The position numbers and the translations under genes are program-made. The notes under the pieces were generated by a model, which worked only from the letters and a program-made list of their open reading frames with translations, was not told the origin of the DNA and searched no databases. This document shows, piece by piece, positions 47,441-55,396 of a stretch of DNA of 64,000 nt; position 1 is the stretch's first letter; each line of letters starts with the position of its first letter. Location of the stretch: the IMG/VR virus record IMGVR_UViG_3300025769_000006; one strand, given 5' to 3'. The stretch comes from a virus.

Positions 47441-49732
47441 TTATCCTACATATGTAAGTAATACTTCGTAAGCTGAATCAGCAGGTGTTCCTACAAAAGC
47501 TATATCTAAATCAGCAGAAGATCTTGTGACGTCTGCGTATACTGTTTGACCAGCAGCAGTTATAACTTCACACTTAACATCTAAAGCTACTGCACCAGAT
47601 CCAAAGACAGAAGCATTTGATACATCTAATGTAAATGTTCTTATACCACCAGCATCAGCTTTTGAGACGTAAGCTAATGCGCTATTCAACACTATTCTTT
47701 TTCCTAAAGCACCAGTATCTGTTGGTGTCACCCAAGTACCGTCACCTCGTAAGAAAGTTGTAGCAGAACCACCAGCCGGAACGTGACCTATATTGCTACC
47801 ACCGTCGTATGCCATTGATTGTACTAAAACATTACCTGTAGTTGGGTTAACGACTATTGGAGTTCCTGAAGAAGTACCCGGCGTTGTTTCATCAACACTA
47901 GTTACAGCACCTGTTGTATCTGTCCATGGAACGTTAACAACAAGCTTGTCACTACTGTTAATTTGAATAGGATATGTTCTACTAGCTGTTGTTGAAGCTG
48001 TATTAGCCGCAACCGTTTGAGCAGTATAAGAAATAAGATCAGCTCTAAATATTGTTCCGTTCAGGTTAACACCTTGATCTGCTGTATAAGTTGTGTTTGT
48101 GTCTGTCCAAGGAACATTTACAAGCATTTGGTCAGAAGCATTTAGCTGAACTTTGTATGACCTTCCAGCTGTACTTGATGCGGTATTTCCTGCTACAGTT
48201 TGAGTTGTGTCAGTTCCTAGTTTTACTAAACCTAAAACACTTGAAGTTGCCGTGCTATATTGAGTATTTGTTGGTGTTACCCACGTTCCATCACCACGTA
48301 AGAATGTAGTTGAAGCGCCACCACTTGGGACAATACCCAATGTAGAACCACCACCGTATATATCAGCAGAAACAAAACCATTTGATGTAACGCTAAAATG
48401 TGCTGAGTTAAAACCAGCAACACCTTTATCTGTTGCGCCGTCTGTAGCACCTTCACCAGCAACATTAGCGTCTTGTATAACTACAGTATAATCACTAATT
48501 GCTGGATTTGAATTTGCTGCAATATCAGTATTAGCATAAATCATATCACCAGGTTCTAGCGTTTCTGTAAAGAAAGCAGTACCTGCGACTGTTACAGCAA
48601 AGAAATCACCTAAATCTAAAGCGATGTTACTTGCTCCATCTAATGAACCATTTCCAGCGCCTAAGTCTGTAGTTAAACCTGTGTTTGCGTTATAACCACC
48701 TTTGAATAAACCTACGCCTGCTATTAAGCCTTGTACTTGACCTAAGTTTACAGCATCGTTGTTAGCGGTACCATTAGCCAAGTTGTTTATTTGGCCACTA
48801 GTCATATTTAAAGTTCCATTGACTGTTGCGTCTACACTAACCGTAAGATCACCTGCTATTGTAACGTCATCTACTAAATCAAATTCTATTGTATCGTTTG
48901 TAGAACCAGTCACTTTTACAGTTGTACTAGTTCCTTGCATGTTAACTATATCAGTACTACTATCACTTCCAGTTAAAACAATGTCAGGATTATTACCGTT
49001 AGTTGTGGGTAATGTATAAGTTGTATTGCTTCCAGCCGGTACTAAATCAAGAATATCTTGTATTTCATATTCTTTTACAATATTATCTGTAAGATCTTCA
49101 GCTATAAATTTATCTCCTGCAACTAAAGTTGTTCCATCTGTTGCTGAGTCAATAATGTTATTAGCGCCGGAATAATCAACAGCAACATCATTGGTGTTAA
49201 CTTGTATACCAGCTCCAGCACCTATATTAAACGTAATAGTTTCATTAGATGCTTGATTTAAAGTAAAAGCGCCTCCATCAGCCAAACCACTTCCAGCGGT
49301 TAATGTAATTGTAGCATCACTAGGAGTAGCGGGTGCAGATCCAGCTGTAACAGAAATAACATGGCCTTGTGCGTTTGTTTGTATAGAAGAAGGATAAGCA
49401 TATGTACCTGCTGTTCCGTAATCGTCATGATCAATAGTTATTGTATCACCTGACATACTTCCTGTCAAAGCAGTTCCTCCGTTTATTGTTAATGTATCTC
49501 CATCACTTATAACAGAAGAACCAGTGTTACTAGCTGCTGTAAAACTATAAGAAGCTCCAATGTCTATCCAGCCAGCCGCCGTGTATAATCTTACTACATC
49601 GGATGCGGTGTTATAATATACTCTACCTTCGTATAAACCAGAACTAGGATCTGATGCTATATTTTCTAATCTCAGTTTTTGTGATTGAGCACCTGAGCTA
49701 TACTCTACGTTGTTTACAAATAAAATTGCCAT
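47441..49732 (-). CDS. Tail fibre protein with duplicated FLRGDGTWVTPT modules
   Basis: GGASTTFLRGDGTWVTPTNT and GGSATTFLRGDGTWVTPTDT, plus the duplicated LVNVPWTDT / VVNVPWTDT. 763 aa, rich in G/T/S/A. Confidence 0.75.
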   Translation of the reverse strand: MAILFVNNVEYSSGAQSQKLRLENIASDPSSGLYEGRVYYNTASDVVRLYTAAGWIDIGASYSFTAASNTGSSVISDGDTLTINGGTALTGSMSGDTITIDHDDYGTAGTYAYPSSIQTNAQGHVISVTAGSAPATPSDATITLTAGSGLADGGAFTLNQASNETITFNIGAGAGIQVNTNDVAVDYSGANNIIDSATDGTTLVAGDKFIAEDLTDNIVKEYEIQDILDLVPAGSNTTYTLPTTNGNNPDIVLTGSDSSTDIVNMQGTSTTVKVTGSTNDTIEFDLVDDVTIAGDLTVSVDATVNGTLNMTSGQINNLANGTANNDAVNLGQVQGLIAGVGLFKGGYNANTGLTTDLGAGNGSLDGASNIALDLGDFFAVTVAGTAFFTETLEPGDMIYANTDIAANSNPAISDYTVVIQDANVAGEGATDGATDKGVAGFNSAHFSVTSNGFVSADIYGGGSTLGIVPSGGASTTFLRGDGTWVTPTNTQYSTATSSVLGLVKLGTDTTQTVAGNTASSTAGRSYKVQLNASDQMLVNVPWTDTNTTYTADQGVNLNGTIFRADLISYTAQTVAANTASTTASRTYPIQINSSDKLVVNVPWTDTTGAVTSVDETTPGTSSGTPIVVNPTTGNVLVQSMAYDGGSNIGHVPAGGSATTFLRGDGTWVTPTDTGALGKRIVLNSALAYVSKADAGGIRTFTLDVSNASVFGSGAVALDVKCEVITAAGQTVYADVTRSSADLDIAFVGTPADSAYEVLLTYVG

Positions 49733-49738
49733 GTTATG

Positions 49739-50428
49739 TTAGTTTAAAAATGCTTTGCCTGCAAATGCGGCTCCAAATGTTATTGTTAAGTTGTTATTAT
49801 CTATATATTCTATTTGACCTCCTAATACAGAGGTGTCTCCCGTGTCTACAACTGTTGCAGAAGGGAATTTTCCTAAATTATGTTGTATTGTCCAAGTTGC
49901 TGATGGCGATCCTTGGGTAAAATTAAATGTTTTATCTCCTGTATTAGAAGATATTGTAAAAGCAGCAAAATCGTAATTTTTGTTTAAAACTACGTTACCA
50001 TTACCGCCAATGTTTGTTAATACTAAATCGTAAACATTACTACCTGTTAAGGTGTAAGAGTCAATTGTATAATGCCCAAATTCATCTATTTTATTTTGTT
50101 CGCTTATTAGTATATTGTTGCTTACTAAATATTGAACAAACGCGGCTGTCTCTTGGCCGGATACATCAGTTCCAGAAATACTTAAAGTAGTAAAACTGCT
50201 TAAAGAATCTCCATTATTTGGACCTGAAAATTCTCCTGTCTGTGTAGGACCAGCTGAAAATTTAAAAACCATTTGCCCTGATACAGATATCTTCCCTTTT
50301 ATATTAAGGTATTTAGCTACTGCTTCAGCGGTAAATTGTTTAGTAAGTCTATTAGAAGACTCAGTACCTATCCACGCATCTTTATCATCGATGTTGTTGT
50401 CATAGGTATAGGTGCTTATCCTTGCCAT
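49739..50428 (-). CDS. Tail-associated protein (hypothetical)
   Basis: 229-aa ORF upstream of the fibres. Confidence 0.5.
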   Translation of the reverse strand: MARISTYTYDNNIDDKDAWIGTESSNRLTKQFTAEAVAKYLNIKGKISVSGQMVFKFSAGPTQTGEFSGPNNGDSLSSFTTLSISGTDVSGQETAAFVQYLVSNNILISEQNKIDEFGHYTIDSYTLTGSNVYDLVLTNIGGNGNVVLNKNYDFAAFTISSNTGDKTFNFTQGSPSATWTIQHNLGKFPSATVVDTGDTSVLGGQIEYIDNNNLTITFGAAFAGKAFLN

Positions 50429-50431
50429 TTA

Positions 50432-50914
50432 TTATTCAAATGTTTTTATTTCTACAAAAAACTGATATTCATTAGAAGCTGCGTTGTTTACATCAAAAGA
50501 CCAAAAACCTATTGTTTGATTTGTTTTTGGCGCTGCAAAAATAGTTCTTAGTGTCTGAACCGCAGGTGGATCCCATGTGACGCGTGGTGTTACTAGTATT
50601 TGAGTTTTATTAGAATTGTACAGCACATTAGGTGATTGAGTGCTTAAATATGATAAACCTGTTACATCCATTCCAACTGTAGGTGTAAATCCTAAGTCAT
50701 TATATAAAACAACCATTGTCGGAGCATTGACACCTGTTTGAGTGATTAATGCAGAAAAAGATTTATAACCTTTGCTTATTAACCTTGAAACATCTGATAT
50801 TGAAAAGTTTGAAGTTATAGGTTTTTCTTCAGTATCAGGTCTAGCGGTTTTAGTTCCTACTAACAAGTCTGAGTTTTTTGGTGTGTTTGTTGGATATGCA
50901 CTTAAATTTGCCAT
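50432..50914 (-). CDS. Tail-associated protein (hypothetical)
   Basis: 160-aa ORF. Confidence 0.5.
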   Translation of the reverse strand: MANLSAYPTNTPKNSDLLVGTKTARPDTEEKPITSNFSISDVSRLISKGYKSFSALITQTGVNAPTMVVLYNDLGFTPTVGMDVTGLSYLSTQSPNVLYNSNKTQILVTPRVTWDPPAVQTLRTIFAAPKTNQTIGFWSFDVNNAASNEYQFFVEIKTFE

Positions 50915-50917
50915 TTT

Positions 50918-51154
50918 TTATGATTTTCTTGTTCCTTTACCGTAATTACCTCTATTTTGTTTTACACTAACAAATCTCTGCTTAGTATGGTCGTAATCTT
51001 TGTCTAATAACCAGTTTTTACCATGATTTTTTTCTGCTTTTCTTCTTTTTCTTTGATTTTCAGCTTTTTTACGCTTTCTGTCGTCTGTTTTTGCGTACTC
51101 AAGATCTCTCTTGGCCTTGTCTCTTCTTGCTTTTGCGCTTAATTTTTGAGCCAT
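50918..51154 (-). CDS. Highly basic small protein, first gene of the leftward block
   Basis: 78 aa, R/K-rich (KARRDKAKRD...RKRKKAENQRKRRKAEK). Confidence 0.5.
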   Translation of the reverse strand: MAQKLSAKARRDKAKRDLEYAKTDDRKRKKAENQRKRRKAEKNHGKNWLLDKDYDHTKQRFVSVKQNRGNYGKGTRKS

Positions 51155-51483
51155 TGTAGTTTGTTTTCGTATATTATATATACTTACATGGTTTTTAGTG
51201 TTTTTACCTGTAAATTGACTGACAATAGGTACTTACTTATATACTTAGGTACCCTTATGTCACATAAAATAAAAAAATGTCACAAATAGAGGGCTATGGT
51301 GTTACTACTAGTTTTTCAAAAAGTTTTTCGAAAAGCAAAATCGTTTCATTTTACCGGGTCCGCCCAATTTCTAGGGTTTTAGGTTTAACGTTTCAAGCCA
51401 TTGTTTGATTTTCCACCAGCTTTTTAGCTTTTTTTTCAGCACCTACTCACGGACTTGCGAGTGATTTACATTATAGAACCACT

Positions 51484-51517
51484 CACGGAGTTACTCGTGT
51501 GCTTAACAGATAATATA
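51484..51517 (+). promoter_or_regulatory. Phage promoter-like motif copy 1 (CACGGA-N19-GATAATATA)
   Basis: CACGGAGTTACTCGTGTGCTTAACAGATAATATA, 40 nt upstream of the ATG at 51557. An extra CACGGACTTG half-site lies at 51448. Confidence 0.7.
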
Positions 51518-51556
51518 TTCGAAGTTTAAAACTAATATTAATTAAATTAAATTCCT

Positions 51557-51796
51557 ATGTCAAAAGTAAATCAAATTACTACAAAAAGATTTGTAATCAG
51601 AAAATCCTTAATTGGTACAAACACAGTGATTACATTCACTAACAAGAACAAAGAAGTATGTAAGTACAATCATGACTTAGTCTACAATCAACTAAAAGAA
51701 AAGTTCGACGCTATGCCATGCTTCAACAAGTACAACAGTTATACAAACTCTAACAATCTACCAAAGTTTGTAAGAGACCTTGAGAAAATAGTATAA
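51557..51796 (+). CDS. Early small protein, paralogue A
   Basis: 79 aa. 64 of 79 positions are identical to the 52299..52538 product by hand alignment. Confidence 0.65.
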   Translation: MSKVNQITTKRFVIRKSLIGTNTVITFTNKNKEVCKYNHDLVYNQLKEKFDAMPCFNKYNSYTNSNNLPKFVRDLEKIV

Positions 51797-51856
51797 CACT
51801 AATGACCTAAGCAAGTCACTAAACTGCTTTATTTTTTAATTGTTTTATTATCTACT

Positions 51857-51890
51857 CACGGACTTGCTAGCGTATAATTTGGATAATATA
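51857..51890 (+). promoter_or_regulatory. Promoter-like motif copy 2
   Basis: CACGGACTTGCTAGCGTATAATTTGGATAATATA, upstream of the ATG at 51922. Confidence 0.7.
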
Positions 51891-51921
51891 ACCAAATAAT
51901 AATAATTTAAAATTTAAAACT

Positions 51922-52092
51922 ATGTTTATAATAAACAAAAACCAAATTAAATTAACAACTAATTTATTAACAAACAAACACATCAACATCCAATTTTTAA
52001 ACAACAAATTAATAATTAAATCAAATCCATCAAACACAAACATCCAAAAATTACTCGACCGCAATTACATTACTTATAAATTAACTAAATAA
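51922..52092 (+). CDS. Small N/K/I-rich ORF (56 aa) behind promoter copy 2
   Basis: Hand translation gives MFIINKNQIKLTTNLLTNKHINIQFLNNKLIIKSNPSNTNIQKLLDRNYITYKLTK. Low complexity. NQIKLTT faintly echoes the paralogue N-termini. Confidence 0.3.
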   Translation: MFIINKNQIKLTTNLLTNKHINIQFLNNKLIIKSNPSNTNIQKLLDRNYITYKLTK

Positions 52093-52228
52093 AACTAAAC
52101 CCCCAAATCTACTTTAACCTACTAATACATACTAAGCATAACAAGCCTGATTTTGAAATAGGATCGGAAGAGTAGACTCCGTCCTACACCATACTTATGT
52201 ATTCTTTTTTTGCTGCATGCCGCACTCG

Positions 52229-52262
52229 CACGGACTTGCGCGTTAAGTTGTCAGATAATATA
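52229..52262 (+). promoter_or_regulatory. Promoter-like motif copy 3
   Basis: CACGGACTTGCGCGTTAAGTTGTCAGATAATATA, upstream of the ATG at 52299. Confidence 0.7.
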
Positions 52263-52298
52263 ACTGTAAGCAACGAAGCTTATATTAAACTTTATACT

Positions 52299-52538
52299 AT
52301 GCAAAAAGCACAAAAACTCACAACAAAGCGATTTGTTATTCGCAAGTCATTAATTGGTAAAAATGTAGTAATTACTTTTACTAACAAAAACAAGGAAAAA
52401 TGCACTTATAATCATGACCTTGTTTACGAGCAACTCAAAGAGCGATTTGAAGCTATGCCTTGCTTCGCTAAATATAGCTCTTATACTAATTCTAATAACT
52501 TACCTAAATTTGTAAGAGACTTAGATAAAATAGTCTAA
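52299..52538 (+). CDS. Early small protein, paralogue B (internal-Met version of 52197..52538)
   Basis: Same 79-aa length as paralogue A. The longer ORF-track start lies upstream of promoter copy 3. Confidence 0.65.
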   Translation: MQKAQKLTTKRFVIRKSLIGKNVVITFTNKNKEKCTYNHDLVYEQLKERFEAMPCFAKYSSYTNSNNLPKFVRDLDKIV

Positions 52539-52618
52539 TACTTCATACTGACATTAGCTAGTTACTTATATACTTAATTAGCTTTTGTCAGTATTTTTTT
52601 AACCGATGCAAATTCTCG

Positions 52619-52652
52619 CACGGACTTGTGTCAAAAAACTACAGATAATATA
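52619..52652 (+). promoter_or_regulatory. Promoter-like motif copy 4
   Basis: CACGGACTTGTGTCAAAAAACTACAGATAATATA, upstream of the ATG at 52746. Confidence 0.7.
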
Positions 52653-52745
52653 TCCGAGATTATTATTATACTGTACTCATATAGATACAGTGCATTATAC
52701 CTCAGCACTATTTTTATTTACTAAACAAAGTAACACCTTTAAACT

Positions 52746-52874
52746 ATGCAAAGAATAGAGATTATAGCGGCAATAGACGAGTTAAACCAATACTTAAATG
52801 GTAATGTATTTACTAGTAGTATAGTAGAGACATTAGAAAACTTAGCAGAAAAACTTAAAAATCAAACTATATGA
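52746..52874 (+). CDS. Small hypothetical protein (42 aa)
   Basis: Hand translation gives MQRIEIIAAIDELNQYLNGNVFTSSIVETLENLAEKLKNQTI. ATGA overlap with the next gene. Confidence 0.35.
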   Translation: MQRIEIIAAIDELNQYLNGNVFTSSIVETLENLAEKLKNQTI

Positions 52875-53122
52875 GTAAAATGACTATGAAGGATCTATGC
52901 GAGTATTCTTCAAAACAAAGAAAACTTCGTGCCGCGGAGCATAGACGCGAGCACCACCACGACGGTTTATGCAGTGGACTTACTCAGTCGGAGTATAATA
53001 GAATGACTGTAAGACAAAAGACTAGTTTCTCAAAAGCTAGAAAGTTCACTCATAACCGTATGTGGAAAAGCACACACACTAAATTTGACTTAAAACAACT
53101 AAAACTAATAAGTAAATCTTAA
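52871..53122 (+). CDS. Hypothetical basic protein
   Basis: 83-aa ORF. Confidence 0.5.
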   Translation: MSKMTMKDLCEYSSKQRKLRAAEHRREHHHDGLCSGLTQSEYNRMTVRQKTSFSKARKFTHNRMWKSTHTKFDLKQLKLISKS

Positions 53123-53124
53123 TT

Positions 53125-53295
53125 ATGAAAAGAAAATTTATTCACTATGTAATTGCTAGACTTACAGATATTGCTATAAAAGCATTTATAGTATCGCTAG
53201 CGACAATAGCTATAGGAGGTATAGCGTTCTTTATCTTCATGATGATAACAGGACAAGTAGATTATGGTAACACCTCGTTTGGAATCTACGGATAA
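53125..53295 (+). CDS. Small membrane protein (56 aa)
   Basis: Hand translation gives MKRKFIHYVIARLTDIAIKAFIVSLATIAIGGIAFFIFMMITGQVDYGNTSFGIYG. Confidence 0.4.
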   Translation: MKRKFIHYVIARLTDIAIKAFIVSLATIAIGGIAFFIFMMITGQVDYGNTSFGIYG

Positions 53296-53298
53296 CTA

Positions 53299-53332
53299 CA
53301 CTGACTTATATATATACAGTGCAGATAATATA
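53299..53332 (+). promoter_or_regulatory. Promoter-like motif copy 5 (CACTGA variant)
   Basis: CACTGACTTATATATATACAGTGCAGATAATATA, upstream of the ATG at 53363. Confidence 0.65.
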
Positions 53333-53362
53333 TTAAAATGTTCAACTAAATAATAAATAACT

Positions 53363-53620
53363 ATGCAAGTAAAAACTATTAAATTCTTAAACAAGTCAAC
53401 TATTCTACTTAACAAAGTAAAATACAAAGGTTATCCTGTTGGCGAGCTACCTAAAAAGTTTGCTTTTATCTACAACGAAGAAGAAGACAAAGAAGGTATT
53501 AAAGAATGGTTCAACTACAAAGGTTTAACCTATGTACAAGTAAAAGAGTCTATTTGGAGTCAAATAGCAAAAGACAACGAGCAAATGAATATAGAAATGC
53601 TATTTAAAACTATGAATTAA
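53363..53620 (+). CDS. Hypothetical protein
   Basis: 85-aa ORF behind promoter copy 5. Confidence 0.5.
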   Translation: MQVKTIKFLNKSTILLNKVKYKGYPVGELPKKFAFIYNEEEDKEGIKEWFNYKGLTYVQVKESIWSQIAKDNEQMNIEMLFKTMN

Positions 53621-53621
53621 T

Positions 53622-53768
53622 ATGAGTATAACTAAAATCTTAGATACACTAGCACAAGAGTGGTACGGCGAGTTTGGCTTTGCCACTTGCAGCTTACAAG
53701 AACAAGACGCAATAGTAAAATATGCTTATGAGCAAAGCGTTCACAGAATAAATAATACTAATAAATAA
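53622..53768 (+). CDS. Small hypothetical protein (48 aa)
   Basis: Hand translation gives MSITKILDTLAQEWYGEFGFATCSLQEQDAIVKYAYEQSVHRINNTNK. Confidence 0.35.
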   Translation: MSITKILDTLAQEWYGEFGFATCSLQEQDAIVKYAYEQSVHRINNTNK

Positions 53769-53775
53769 TATAACT

Positions 53776-54207
53776 ATGACAAACTATCAAAAAGAGCAAT
53801 TTCTGCTTGAAGAACAGTTCGTAAAGCGTTTGCTTATCGACTACGGAATCAGAGAAGTAACAACACAGAGGCAGGCTAAAAATGAAACTCGTGAGTTTGA
53901 GTTTCCTGTACCTGCATATACTAAACAAAGACTTAAGTGGCATGCTAAACGAAGCGACATAAAAGATTTACCAAGACTACGCATCGCTTGTTTCAAATCA
54001 GGTTATGTACGCAAGCAAAACGGTGCAGACAGAGCGTATCAACTAAATCCTGTTTACGAGCAAAATTATAGATGCGTATGGCAAAGAGACAACGGTGAAC
54101 TATATGTTTCATCAGGTGTAAATAAAGCTCGCGCGCTTATATATTCTCCAATAACTAGACTAAACTTTATGCTACAATATTATCTTAGAAACTATGCAAA
54201 CAATTAA
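53776..54207 (+). CDS. Hypothetical protein
   Basis: 143-aa ORF. Confidence 0.55.
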   Translation: MTNYQKEQFLLEEQFVKRLLIDYGIREVTTQRQAKNETREFEFPVPAYTKQRLKWHAKRSDIKDLPRLRIACFKSGYVRKQNGADRAYQLNPVYEQNYRCVWQRDNGELYVSSGVNKARALIYSPITRLNFMLQYYLRNYANN

Positions 54208-54352
54208 AACTAAAAATATGAGAACACTTAAATTAACAGAAAACGATTGCACGTTTGTACACTATGTACTACGCATGTATGCTCAACAAACACCTGGATT
54301 AGATCAAGAAGACAAAGAAGAAATATACGAAGTTGCAGCTAAATTTAAATAA
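54194..54352 (+). CDS. Small hypothetical protein (52 aa)
   Basis: Hand translation gives MQTIKTKNMRTLKLTENDCTFVHYVLRMYAQQTPGLDQEDKEEIYEVAAKFK. Confidence 0.35.
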   Translation: MQTIKTKNMRTLKLTENDCTFVHYVLRMYAQQTPGLDQEDKEEIYEVAAKFK

Positions 54353-54353
54353 T

Positions 54354-54506
54354 ATGAGTAAAGAAAAATATAGAATAATATACAGAAACACTTATTACGG
54401 TGATGAAGAGATAGATACAGCAGAAACTAAAGTAGAAGCTATTTGTTTAACTGGTGAATACAGAAAAGCTTTTCGCTCAGGTAATGTATACTTTAAAAGA
54501 ATATGA
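54354..54506 (+). CDS. Small hypothetical protein (50 aa)
   Basis: Hand translation gives MSKEKYRIIYRNTYYGDEEIDTAETKVEAICLTGEYRKAFRSGNVYFKRI. ATGA overlap with the next gene. Confidence 0.35.
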   Translation: MSKEKYRIIYRNTYYGDEEIDTAETKVEAICLTGEYRKAFRSGNVYFKRI

Positions 54507-54727
54507 CTATTAATATAGAATATAACGACCACAATTACGAAGTTTACTTTGATGTAATACTTGGGTCTCACGGTGATTATTTTAATCCACCTGAACCACC
54601 TGAAATACATATACACTCTGTTGTAGATGAAGATGGTAATGAAGTTCAAGATTATAGCGTAATAAACTATGCTGACGAAGAAATATATTATAAGTTAAGT
54701 GATGGCTATTTTGACTACACGGACTAA
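54503..54727 (+). CDS. Small acidic protein
   Basis: 74-aa ORF, D/E/Y-rich. Confidence 0.5.
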   Translation: MTINIEYNDHNYEVYFDVILGSHGDYFNPPEPPEIHIHSVVDEDGNEVQDYSVINYADEEIYYKLSDGYFDYTD

Positions 54728-54751
54728 ATATAAATCACTACAGATAATATA
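54718..54751 (+). promoter_or_regulatory. Promoter-like motif copy 6
   Basis: CACGGACTAAATATAAATCACTACAGATAATATA. The upstream half lies inside the 3' end of the 54503..54727 ORF. Confidence 0.7.
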
Positions 54752-54774
54752 TGTGAATAACAAAAAAACAAACT

Positions 54775-54969
54775 ATGTATTGTAAATGTAAACCAAATAC
54801 TAAAATACCCGAAGCTCGAGTAGCTTTAGGTTATAAGACATGTGTTGATTGTTCTACTGCTGAGCAATATAGTTATGTACCAATAATCAACCATAAAACT
54901 GGCAATACTATTCAAATAGTAAGTCAATCACTCTCCGCCGCGGTGCATAGGTCGTGGCGGCGTAAATAG
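54775..54969 (+). CDS. C4 zinc-finger protein, TraR/DksA-like (tentative)
   Basis: CKC-x20-CVDC arrangement in a 64-aa protein (MYCKCKPNTKIPEARVALGYKTCVDCS). Confidence 0.4.
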   Translation: MYCKCKPNTKIPEARVALGYKTCVDCSTAEQYSYVPIINHKTGNTIQIVSQSLSAAVHRSWRRK

Positions 54970-55101
54970 ATAATCTAGAAGCTTAAGACATAGCTAGATA
55001 TCTACAGCTAGACGAGTAGCTTAATTAGGTGTGTATGTGGCGACGACTATCGACGGATATATGTGATCATACGGAAGTGTATTACACACACATAAGTGAA
55101 T

Positions 55102-55199
55102 AGCTAGCGGCAACTAGGTATGGATGCAACAGGAGTTATTAAATTAACCAGAGTTCATTACTACTGACGAGTATGAGGGTTCGATTCCCTCGCTAGTTA
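55102..55199 (+). ncRNA. tRNA-like element 1 (canonical T-arm plus acceptor-type helix; no canonical cloverleaf found by eye)
   Basis: T-arm GAGGG-TTCGATT-CCCTC (55175-55191). The 3' strand GCTAGTT (55192-55198) pairs with AGCTAGC (55102-55108; 7 pairs, one G:T) or AACTAGG (55112-55118; 6 of 7). Length 88-98 nt. Confidence 0.45.
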
Positions 55200-55289
55200 C
55201 AAAGCAGCAGGCCGGTATGCTGCTCCCTTACAGGAAACATGTGCTATAAAGCACCAAGCCTTTTAGGTTGAAAACAAGTAAGGGAATAT

Positions 55290-55396
55290 GGGCGTGAAAT
55301 GGTTAGACTACAAAATAGGTGGGCGAATGCCGTAAAGATACCGCGAGGAGCGGTACCTAAATTGTAGTAACGCAGGTTCGATTCCTGCCACGTCCA
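55290..55396 (+). ncRNA. tRNA-like element 2 with G3:U70 and A73 (alanine/tmRNA-type acceptor)
   Basis: GGGCGTG (55290-55296) pairs with CACGTCC (55389-55395) with a G:T at the third pair, and the discriminator is A. T-arm GCAGG-TTCGATT-CCTGC (55372-55388). GGTTAGAC is a D-loop-like segment. There is a 7-bp helix ACTACAA/TTGTAGT (55307-13/55362-68) and an internal hairpin TACCGC-GAGGA-GCGGTA. At 107 nt it is too long for a normal tRNA. Confidence 0.45.

Noticed and set aside
51446-51480. An additional CTCACGGACTTGCGAGTG element 36 nt upstream of promoter copy 1, considered as a tenth promoter.
   Set aside because: The position 25 nt downstream reads ATAGAACCA rather than GATAATATA. I list it only as a half-site or possible operator.
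52197-52298. The longer ORF-track start (52197) for paralogue B.
   Set aside because: The extension lies upstream of, and across, promoter copy 3. Paralogue A has no counterpart to it, and the internal Met gives an identical 79-aa length.
54711-54748. TTGAC immediately upstream of CACGGA in copies 6 and 7, considered as a classical sigma-70 -35 paired with GATAAT as the -10.
   Set aside because: The spacer would be about 25 nt rather than about 17. TTGAC is also absent from most other copies.
54961-54980. AGATAATCTA just after the zinc-finger gene, considered as a promoter for the tRNA-like locus.
   Set aside because: It matches only 8 of the 9 positions of GATAATATA, and the sequence 25 nt upstream (TGCATA) does not resemble CACGGA.
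55102-55396. Calling the two T-arm-containing elements ordinary tRNA genes with a defined anticodon.
   Set aside because: Working back from each T-arm, I could not place a 5-bp anticodon stem with a 7-nt loop and U33, or a D-stem. The candidate loops (TTCATTA, ACTGACG, CGAGGAG, TTAAAT) all violate standard geometry, and the lengths are 88-107 nt. I therefore report them as tRNA-like ncRNA, pending tRNAscan-SE or ARAGORN.
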